From Blastocladiella emersonii ATCC 22665 (lineage: Eukaryota; Fungi; Blastocladiomycota): a DNA stretch of 64,000 bases. The stretch is from contig JANHCV010000011.1 in assembly GCA_025594325.1 (NCBI GenBank), forward strand, positions 558,001-622,000, given 5' to 3'. Of this stretch, positions 12,901-21,738 are shown piece after piece. The first letter of the stretch is position 1. Each line of letters starts with the position of its first letter. The translations under genes were made by a program, and so were the position numbers. The notes beneath the pieces are model-generated. The model was not told where the DNA came from. It searched no databases and saw only the letters and a list, made by a program, of their open reading frames with translations.

Positions 12901-13423
12901 GGCATTCGTGACGCCGGTAGCGAGCACCCCGTGGCTCAAGCACTGGTACCCGACGGTCGCTCAATCGTTCGAGCCAAGCGAGCGCGACCCGAACCCGCTG
13001 CTGTCGGCCATCACGTTCACGGCGGTTCGGATCGCGGCCATGCTGACGAACCTAATCCTCATGTGGGCGTTCCTCAAGTACCAGATGAACGTGTCACTCA
13101 TCGAGCGCGCGCGCATCTACTTTCGACAGCCGTTCGCGTACCTGCTCGTCATCGGTACGTGGCCCGCGTGCTTCCGCGCGCTTCCGCGCGAGGGGTTTGG
13201 GCGCGGACTGACTGACATGGATCCCGACGTTTAGGCACGTTCTACACAGCCCCCGTCTTCGTCAGCTGCTCCACGGTACGCTGGTGCAGCGACTAGTGGG
13301 AACGGAGGGCACCGCACTAACAACGGCCGCGTGTAGCTCGGACGAGTCTACTCTGGCATTCCCTTCGTCTGGGACCTCGTCAACGGACGGCCGGTCTGGC
13401 ACCCGACACCAAAGCCCCTGTAA
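9990..13423 (+). CDS. Multi-pass membrane protein, tandem family member C; introns 12810-12871, 13155-13234, 13276-13336
   Basis: A 973-aa ORF plus three canonical introns with CTGAC/CTAAC branch points, ending LGRVYSGIPFVWDLVNGRPVWHPTPKPL*. Motifs are shared with A and B (e.g. WRLRSN..FDI..F in B and C). Confidence 0.8.
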
Positions 13424-13583
13424 CTGCAGATATACACTCATTTTTGTGGAGCAGCCTGGGTCCAACGCCGTTGGGACCCGCCTGCCTGTTCGGCCCACAC
13501 TGTTGAGGTTCAAGTCTCTCTGGCACTCATACGTCGCAAGCTGATATCCAGAGCACTTCATTTGTATATCATTCGCATATCAT

Positions 13584-13614
13584 TTCATTCATTCATTCAT
13601 TCATTCATTCATTC
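13584..13614. repeat. (TTCA)n microsatellite, about 7-8 units, intergenic
   Basis: ttcattcattcattcattcattcattcattc seen directly. Confidence 0.9.
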
Positions 13615-13739
13615 GTGGGGAGCGAGGACTGCGGCTGGCCAGCTCTGTCAACTTCAAGGCCCGCCAACCGCGCTTTCCGCCCCTGCTCCCACACCCCTCT
13701 CACTCTTGAGAGCGAGGCACATCCACACTCCATGCAACC

Positions 13740-14164
13740 ATGTCTGATGCATACGAAGAAGTGATTCGCGGCGGGCTAAAGCTCAAGGACGGGAGCAAGC
13801 TGTCGTCGGTGCTCGGCGGGAAGATCAAGTACGGCGCGACTGCGGCCACGCTACCGACCGCGCACTGACCTGTTCTCCGTTCCGTAGGAAGAAGAAAAAG
13901 AAGAAGGACAAGGAAGAGTCCATCTCATCCTCCTCGTCTTCACCCTCGACGTCACGGTCCAAGTCCACGTCGTCGCCGGCCCCGGTGATCGCCGTGACCA
14001 AGACGGCAGCCCAGATGGCGTTCGAGGAGGCGCAGAAGAAGCGCGAGCGGGAACGCATCGCCAAGGTGGCCAGCAAGAGCCACAAGGAGCGCGTCGCCGA
14101 GTTCAACCAGTATCTCGAGAGTCTGTCCGAGCACCACGACCTGCCCAAGGTCGGCCCGGGCTAA
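13740..14164 (+). CDS. FAM32A-like small nuclear protein; intron 13829-13887
   Basis: MSDAYEEVIRGGLKLK...KKKKKK...KTAAQMAFEEAQKKR...SHKERVAEFNQYLESLSEHHDLPKVGPG* matches the FAM32A C-terminal signature. Confidence 0.9.
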
Positions 14165-14220
14165 GACCTTGGGGAGGAGGAGACGCAAAAACGTGATAAA
14201 ATACATTCCTACTTGCAATC

Positions 14221-16062
14221 TCAGATGCTCCCGCCGTCGCGCACCTTGGCCAGGAACTCGGCGTCGAGCTCGACCGTCTGCAGCAGCCGGTCGCCATCGT
14301 CCGCTTCGCCCTCGCCCTCCGCCGCCTTGGTGCCCGACCGCACCGCGAGCGAGTGCCAGATCGCGTGCAGACGGTCAGCGCCGCCGAGCCCGGGTCCCAC
14401 GACCGAGACGACCGTCCCGGTCTTCCCCATACGCCCAACACGGCCCGCGAGGTGGAGGTACTCTGCCGAGTCGCGCGGCGCGCCGAGGAGGAACACGTGC
14501 GACGCGCTCGCGAGGTCGAGTCCGCGGGCCCCGTTCGCGCTGATAACCGTCATCGCGACGGCGGGGTTGGCTTCGGTGTGATGGACCTTGGCGGCGCGCT
14601 CGGCGTGGCGAGTGACGCGCCACGACGCGGAGACGCCGTAGAACGACGCCAGACCGGCGACGACCTGCGAGACGCCGAGGTCCGGGACGACGGGGATCAC
14701 GAGGGCCGAGGCGACGCGGCGCGCGCGGCAGTACGCGACGACTGTCGAGCACAGGTCGCGCAGGTCCGGGAGCGCGGCGCGGCGCGGGTCGATGGCGGGT
14801 TCCGGGTCGCGGGTCGGCTTCCCACCGCGCTTGCGGGACTGCGCGGTTGGGGGCGGCGGGGGCGGGGTCGGATCATTGTCTTCGGGCTTGCTCAGTCCGT
14901 CGGCGAGGTTGACGACGGCCGCTTTCCCGGCAAACACGACGAGGGCCTCGTGGCGCGACGCCTTGGGGGCAGCGGGCCCGATCTTGCTGGTATTGAGGAA
15001 GGCGGCGTTGCGCGGGTGCATCCAGCCGAGGGCGTGGAGGTGGTTGCGGACCGAGGCGGACGCGGTGGCGGAGAGGGCGAGGATGCGCGGTTTCACGTCG
15101 AGCCACGCCTTGCGCGCGGGCGGCGGGATCCGGTGCTCGGCGACCGACTCGGACGCGAGCGCGGCGGGGGTCCCGTAGTGCTCGAGCGCGTCGAGGTACT
15201 CCGCATGCCCGGCAGACCGCAAGCGCGCGGCCATGATGGCCTGGACGAGGGCCTCGACGGGCCGCGCGTGGCGGCGGCGCACGGACGCGCGCTGGTGGTC
15301 GAAGCGCGGGATGGGCGGGGTCAGCTGGTCGATCTCGTCCATGGCGAGGGTCCCGATGGCGGTCACGTCGAGCGACCCGTCGAACACGCGCGCGAGGAGC
15401 TTGGCGGGGGTCCCGATGACGATGTGCGGAGTCGTGCAGCTGGCGCCCCACGGGTCCGTAGTGGACAGCGGCTTGCCGAGGGCAGCCTCGAGGACGGGCT
15501 CAGCATCCTCAGGCGCGGGCGGGTCGGTCACGGCGAGCTGCACGATCGGGTCGAGCGATGGGAACTTGTCGGCGGGGAGAAGGTCCCGGATCCAGCCCTG
15601 GATCTGCTCGGCGAGGTCGGCGTGCGGGACGACGATGATGTGCGCGGGCCGCACGGTGCCCTTGGGCGGGGGCGGCACGGAAGTCGCGGCGGCAGGAGGA
15701 GAGAGGTTGAGCAGGGCCACGGTCGCGGCATACGTCTTGCCCGAACCCGTAGCGTCGCGCACGATGACGTCGCGGCGCGGGGCGCGCGCGAGCAGCGGGA
15801 TCAGCTCGGCCTGCAGCGGCGTCGGCTCCGCGATGCCCGTGTCGGCAATGGCCTGGGCGAGCGGGCGGCGCACGCCGAGGCGGGTGAAGGCGGGCTTGGC
15901 GGGTGCAGCATGGGGCGGTGTTGGCGGTGTTGATGGTGGCTCGGCCGCGGCGGCTGTTGTTGATGCGGCACGAAGCGACAGGGCGCCGAGGGGACGATTT
16001 TGGGGGAGCGGGCCGGCGCGGAGAGGCAGCCTTGACAGGGCCCTTGCGGCAAGTCGATACAT
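14221..16062 (-). CDS. DEAD-box-like RNA helicase, probably mitochondrial
   Basis: Q motif PTPLQ, motif I ATGSGKT, motif II DEID, III SAT, V ARGLD, VI HLAGRVGR. The N-terminus MYRLAARALSRLPLRAG resembles a mitochondrial presequence. Confidence 0.85.
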   Translation of the reverse strand: MYRLAARALSRLPLRAGPLPQNRPLGALSLRAASTTAAAAEPPSTPPTPPHAAPAKPAFTRLGVRRPLAQAIADTGIAEPTPLQAELIPLLARAPRRDVIVRDATGSGKTYAATVALLNLSPPAAATSVPPPPKGTVRPAHIIVVPHADLAEQIQGWIRDLLPADKFPSLDPIVQLAVTDPPAPEDAEPVLEAALGKPLSTTDPWGASCTTPHIVIGTPAKLLARVFDGSLDVTAIGTLAMDEIDQLTPPIPRFDHQRASVRRRHARPVEALVQAIMAARLRSAGHAEYLDALEHYGTPAALASESVAEHRIPPPARKAWLDVKPRILALSATASASVRNHLHALGWMHPRNAAFLNTSKIGPAAPKASRHEALVVFAGKAAVVNLADGLSKPEDNDPTPPPPPPTAQSRKRGGKPTRDPEPAIDPRRAALPDLRDLCSTVVAYCRARRVASALVIPVVPDLGVSQVVAGLASFYGVSASWRVTRHAERAAKVHHTEANPAVAMTVISANGARGLDLASASHVFLLGAPRDSAEYLHLAGRVGRMGKTGTVVSVVGPGLGGADRLHAIWHSLAVRSGTKAAEGEGEADDGDRLLQTVELDAEFLAKVRDGGSI

Positions 16063-16291
16063 GGTTTTGCGTTCAAGTCCGTTGAAGGTGTGAGGAGGAT
16101 CAGCAGGAGCGCGAGACAAGGGGTGCGAGACAATCTCGGCCGGGTCAGGTGCCGGCGCGTGTGCGTGCCGACGCGCGCAGAAGCGGTTTTGGGAGCGATG
16201 CGCCTCAGTCGGCGGCGCCCGCCAGCATCGGGGCTCCCCACCCGGCGACCCCGATACACCGACCCGACCACCACACCCCACACTCGTTGCA

Positions 16292-16664
16292 ATGACCCGT
16301 ACGCCGTCGCCCCGACGCCATGCATTGCTCAGTCGGCCACTGACGCTCCGGCCCCCCTCGACGATGCCTCGGTGCTGCCCCCGCGTGTCCCCCTGCGGAG
16401 TGGCTAGGCGGGAACCAGCGTGAGCTTGCGCGCGCCAAGAACCTGAAGAAGCAGCAGGAGCAGGCCAAGGCCAAGGGCAAGCAGGGCGACCCGACCAAGC
16501 GCATGGAGAGGTGCGCGTGTGCTGCCGCGGTGAGACCCTGCGCTCGTCCCTGACTCGTCGTCACCTCACCCGCACGTAGCGACGCCGAGATCATGCGCCA
16601 GAAGCAGGCCGCGGCGCTCGCCCGCAAGGAGGCCGAGGCCGCCGCCGCCGCCAAGAAGAAGTAG
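16292..16664 (+). CDS. SERF/4F5-family small protein; exons 16292-16298, 16408-16510, 16580-16664
   Basis: Spliced product MTRGNQRELARAKNLKKQQEQAK...RMESDAEIMRQKQ matches the SERF1/2 signature (MTRGNQRE.AR.KN; RD/SDAEIM..KQ). It is absent from the ORF track because it is split by introns. Confidence 0.92.
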
Positions 16665-16919
16665 CCGCCGTGAGCGCGTCTCCTGGCCCCGCGGCGACTG
16701 GCGCCCCCACCCCCGAATCCATTACAGCTCGCCCATCCTCTCCTCGTCCCTCTCCTCCCGCTCGCACCGGGGGCGCGAGACTCGCCCGCTCGCGTGTCTC
16801 ACCCGCTCCCCGCTACCGATGATGCATACACGGATATATCCCTGCACACAGCTGGTCCGAGTGAGTCAGTCAGCATTGAGTCTTGTATTCCACTTTTCTC
16901 GCCCAACAACCGCAAACAA

Positions 16920-18479
16920 CTAGACCTGCGGGATCTTGGGCGCGTTCTCGGGCGTCGGCAGCGGCACCTCGCCGCGTTCCTGGCGCGCGCGGAACCGCGC
17001 GAGGGCGCCGAGGAGCAGGTCGCGGCACGGCAGCTCGACGTTGAGCCGCGCGCACAGCAGGAACACGCCCGACACCTTGCGGTGCAGCGAGTAGGTCTCG
17101 TCGGGCGGCGGCGTGAGCCGGTGCTCGAGCATAGTCGGGATCAGGTCGCGCACCTGCCGCGTCACGGCCCGCGCCTCGCCAAAGTCGTACCGCGGCGTTG
17201 TGAACGGCGCGCCCAGCGTCAGCACCGCCGTGACGTGCGCCTCCTTCATCTGGTCCGTCTCGTACCCGGTCAGGAACCCGAGCTCCTCGGACCACCGCAG
17301 AACCCCCGCCGCGTCCTGCTTGGCCGCCGCTTCGAGCACGTTGGCGTACCGCGCCAGGAAACCCCACTCGTACTCGCGCGCGCTGCCGAAATCGAGCAGC
17401 TTGATGCGGCGCGTCGCCGGGTCGTACAAAAAGTTGGACCAGTTCGGGTCCGTCTGCATGAACCCGAGGTCGAACAGCTCGACCAGCGTCAGGTCCAGGA
17501 TCTGCTGCGCGACGAACGCGCGCGTCTCGGCGTCCATCTCGGCCACGGTGCCCAGCGGCTGGCCCGACACCATGGTCATGGTGAGCACGCGCGGCGTCGT
17601 GAGGTCGAGGATCGGGCGCGGCACGTCGATGACCGGGTGGTCCTTGAGCGCCTCGCCGAACCGCAGCTGCCACTGCGCCTCGCGCATGTAGTCGGTCTCC
17701 CACAGCAGCTCGCGTCGTGCCACGATCATTGAGTTCTCGAGGAACAGGCCCTTGGGCAGCATGCCCGACATGAGGCCGAGCGCCTTGAGCTGGGCGAGGT
17801 CCGAGTCGATCGAGTCGGCGACGCCCGGGTACTGCACCTTGACGGCGACGAGGGTGCCGTCGTGCAGCTCGGCACGGTGGACCTGGCCGATCGAGGCCGC
17901 GGCGAACGGGACCGGGTCAAACGACTTGAACTTGGACTGCCAGTCGCGGCCGAGCTCGGCGGCCATGACCTGGCGCATCTGGCGGCGCGGCATGTAGTTG
18001 GCGCCGTTCTGGACCTTGGACAGCACCTCCTCGATCTCCTTGGGGAACATGCCCGAGTCCTGGATGCTGACCATCTGCCCGAGCTTGAGCGCGGCCCCGC
18101 GCATCTGCGTCAGCGTCTTGACCACGCGCTGCACGTTCTCGGGCGTCAGGAACGGGCTCGCCCCCTCGATCAGCGGCGTCGAGTTGCCCGTCATGCGCCG
18201 CACCGACTCGGCCACGGCGCCCGCGCCCAGCTGCGCCGCGAGGCCGCCGTACTGCATGAACCGGCCCAGCTTGGTCGACGGCACCGACGACGACACGAGC
18301 GTGTGGTGGCCCTTGGGCGGCGCGGGTGCGGCGGACTCGTTGTTGGCGTCGCGGCGCACCGCCGAGGCGTGGAATGGCCGCGCACTGGCGACGAGCCGGG
18401 CGGTCGCCATCGACGCCGGGTGCGTGCGGCACCGCAGGCACGCCGCAGTGCTGCTGCGAAGCATGGCTGTTGATGACAT
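16920..18479 (-). CDS. COQ8: COQ8/ABC1 atypical kinase, mitochondrial
   Basis: MRGAALKLGQMVSIQD, FAAASIGQVH, VAVKVQYPGVADSIDSD, MQTDPNWSNF, LLDFG and RLTPPPDETYSLHRK are all present. Confidence 0.96.
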   Translation of the reverse strand: MSSTAMLRSSTAACLRCRTHPASMATARLVASARPFHASAVRRDANNESAAPAPPKGHHTLVSSSVPSTKLGRFMQYGGLAAQLGAGAVAESVRRMTGNSTPLIEGASPFLTPENVQRVVKTLTQMRGAALKLGQMVSIQDSGMFPKEIEEVLSKVQNGANYMPRRQMRQVMAAELGRDWQSKFKSFDPVPFAAASIGQVHRAELHDGTLVAVKVQYPGVADSIDSDLAQLKALGLMSGMLPKGLFLENSMIVARRELLWETDYMREAQWQLRFGEALKDHPVIDVPRPILDLTTPRVLTMTMVSGQPLGTVAEMDAETRAFVAQQILDLTLVELFDLGFMQTDPNWSNFLYDPATRRIKLLDFGSAREYEWGFLARYANVLEAAAKQDAAGVLRWSEELGFLTGYETDQMKEAHVTAVLTLGAPFTTPRYDFGEARAVTRQVRDLIPTMLEHRLTPPPDETYSLHRKVSGVFLLCARLNVELPCRDLLLGALARFRARQERGEVPLPTPENAPKIPQV

Positions 18480-18760
18480 GGTTGTTGCTGTATGCGTAGC
18501 AATGATGCGAGATTGCGCAGGAGAGCGAGAGATCGGCGGCGGGCCTAGAGGGAGCCAAGGGAAACCGCGGCCGGCGCCGACGATCGAGCGGCGTGGAGAT
18601 CACACAACATCGCGTCACCTGACGCCTGAGAGACGCGTCGCCGCCGCCCGCGAGACGCGTCGCGCCGCGCCGCCCAACCGTGCGCGATCGGCACACCTCA
18701 TGCATACGCAGCTGGAAGCTACTCGATGAATCGGTAGGAAACGCGGATGCAGCCAACGAA

Positions 18761-21166
18761 ATGTCGACCCTCGATGTCGCGCCCATGCCCCGCCCGCTCG
18801 GCAGCTCGCGCAGCGTCAGCGGCGCCAGCGTGTCGTCCGTGGCGAGCCATCCGGACCCGACGCCCATCGCGCCCTCGTCGCTGGCCCGCGTGTGGAACCT
18901 CAAGAGCGCAACGTACTACAACTCCCGTCCCGCGCCTCGCCCACCGTCCCCTCACGACCGCTCTCCCTCCCACGTAGTACACAGACCGACCAATCCGACT
19001 TCCCCGCGACGCAGGACATCGCGGAGCGCCTATCCGCGCTCGAGTCCGAGGTCGACTTCCGGACCGCGGTGCTGCACGAGACGCAACAGCGCGCGCTGCA
19101 CGACCACTTCCAGTCTCTGCGCGAGCACCTGGCCGACCGCGTGGCGCAGCTGGACCGCGCCGCCGAGACCAAAGTGCGCCGCGCGCGGACGGCCGCGCAA
19201 GTCGAGCTCGCGAGCACGCTGCGAGCCGTCGAGACCGCGTGGGCGAAAGAGTGCGAGCGGCGGTGCGCCGAGGCCGAGGCGGCGGTCGCGCACACGCAAG
19301 CGACGGCGCGCGCGCAGGTCCGCGAGGCGCGCGTGTCGGCGCTCGCGGCCAACGACCAGGCGCTCCTCGCCAAGGCGCAGCTCGCGAAACTGATGCAGTG
19401 GATGCGCCAGCGGTACGGCGAGCCCGACAGCCGCGCCGCGCAGGAGTGCCTCGAGGCGGACGAGACGTCGGCCATCATTGTCGAGCTGCAGCGCCGCGTC
19501 GACGAGCGCGACCAGACGATCGCGGACTTGACCGAGGTCATCGAGCGGTTCCAGGCGACCGGAGAGCTGTCGGGCGGGCCGCCCAGGCTCCTGGGCGTGG
19601 GCCTGCACCACTCGGACTCGACGTCGTCGTTCACAGGCTCCGAGCGCAGCAGCTCGACGCAGCTCACGGTGCCGTCGCTCATCCGCAGCAGCCGGAACGG
19701 GCCCGGGTCGAGCAGCGGCGGCATGAAGCGCGGCCGGCGTCAGGACGGGTCGCTGCTCGCCACGCTCGAGGAGTCGGGCGACGATGCCGCGGGCGGGGCG
19801 ATGGACGCGGCCGGGAGCTCCGAGCTCGGCGGCCACCCGGGCGACGCGTCGCAGCAGCAGCAGCAGGCCAAGGGCATCTCCGAGGAGGAGCTCCAGACCC
19901 TGCTCCGCGCCCATGAGGACAAGGTCGACGAGAAGTGGAAGTCGCGCACGCAGAAGCTGCGGCTGCAGTACGAGACGCAGGCGAGCGAGCTGCGCAACCA
20001 GCTCGCGCGGGTCACCGAGCAGCTCGAGCTGTTGCAGAAGAGGTACGGCTTGGTTTGAATCCGAAGCGACCGCGACACTGACAAACTCACTGGGACTGAA
20101 GCATCCGGTCCGTCAACGACCCGAGCAAGATGACGCAGATCGTCGCGCGGCAACGCGCCATCCTCGACATTGCCGCCGTCCTGATGCGCCCGCCGACGCC
20201 GCCCCCGCCTCCACCACCGCAGCCACCCTCACACCACTCGCCGTCCATGTCCGCATCCCACTTGGGATCCGGGTCGCGCGACGGCCTGCGCGGTCGGTCG
20301 GCGAACCGGCGACGGAGCAGCAGCTCCAGCAGCAACGTGTCTGCGGGCTCTCGCCCCGTAGGCAGCGCGTCGTCGCTGACGCGCGCGGGCGACTCGGTGC
20401 ACGCGTCGCAGGGTTCGGTGCGGCGGTCGGCGTCGGGGCAGCGGCCCGCGCAGTCCCCGCGCGCGGCCGTGAACCGGCGGTCCATGGGCGGCGGCACGGC
20501 CACGCCGCCGCAGCAGGGCAAGGGGCTCGCGACGCACGCGCCGGCCGAGTGGACGCAGTCGGCGTCGCATCTCCCGCAGCTGCCGAGTCCCAGCGAGGGC
20601 GTTACGCGGCAGCCGGCGTCGCCGCAGCGACAGCCGCAGCGACAGCCGCAGCAACAGGCGAATACGCGGCATCCGACGCAACCGAGCCCCGTGCGGGCGA
20701 GCAATCGACGACAGGGCCCCGGCACCTCGCTGTCGCAGAGTACCGGGTCGCGCGGCGGGAGCGTCGCGAGCAGCGCAAAGAACATCACGGTCGGGCTCGG
20801 GATTGAGATGCCGCGGGCTACGTCGTCGCCGCTGTACTGTCGCAGGTCTTCTGGTCAAGTGAAGCGGGAGACTGACTGTATCGCGTGCGTGTAGACACGA
20901 GCCCGGACCGCCGTCGCAGCACGGATCGGGCGAAATCAAGTCGGTGGCGCCGCGCGGGTCGCAGGGCAGCGGGCTCGAGCTTCAAGGGTGCGTCCAACGT
21001 CCACTTTCCGTCACGACCGTGATGCTAACGCTCCACCCAACGTAGCCGCACGCGAGGTCCAGGATCAACGGGTCCGTCGAGCCCGCAGCGGGTGCACGGC
21101 CCGAGCCGGCTCTCGATGCAGCAGCGAGCGAGCCCAGCGGGATCGCGCGACTCGACGATGTCCTGA
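18761..21166 (+). CDS. Uncharacterised coiled-coil protein with Ser/Arg/Pro-rich C-terminus; introns 18913-18977, 20043-20101 and two further 3' introns (positions less certain)
   Basis: Phase-compatible GT-AG introns link the 18680, 18892 and 20130 ORFs. Heptad-rich helices such as IIVELQRRVDERDQTIADLTEVIERF. The exact C-terminus is uncertain. Confidence 0.6.
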
Positions 21167-21738
21167 CCACGGCGCGACCACGGCAACCATCATGTGCGTG
21201 TAATACATGGCTTGCGTGCTCACGAGGAGGGGCGGTGACTCGAGGGAGGCGTCGGCGTTGGGGACGGGTCGCGTGTCGCGTGGTTAGGAACACTCCAGCC
21301 GCACTGCGTCCCGGGCGTTTCCGAGTTTTTGTTCGCTCGCGCTCCGATTGGCTGCCTATTTCCGGACTGGTTTTGGGCGCGATTATCTTTCGCACGGCGC
21401 ACCTGTTGTCGGTCCGCCTCTGTGGGCTGGTCCCCTCCCTCCCGCGGCCCCGCTCGCGCCCTCTCTCCTCTCTCTCTACCCGCTTGCGAAAGAGTATCAT
21501 CGCATAGCCCGCTACCTGCTACGAAGCTCTACTGCCAGTTGTTGGCCGGGACCCTGCATTCATCCTCCTCCCCACAGCGCGCATCGCCCGCTTCAGCTCA
21601 GTGCTCTCTTGCTTCTGCCGTGTGCTAGGTACTTGAACCTCGCACTCTTGGTCCTCGGCAAGCGCTGACACGCCAGTACGACGTAGACCGCACACACACA
21701 CAACTTCGCGCGTAGTGCGCGACCCAGCAACCACCATC

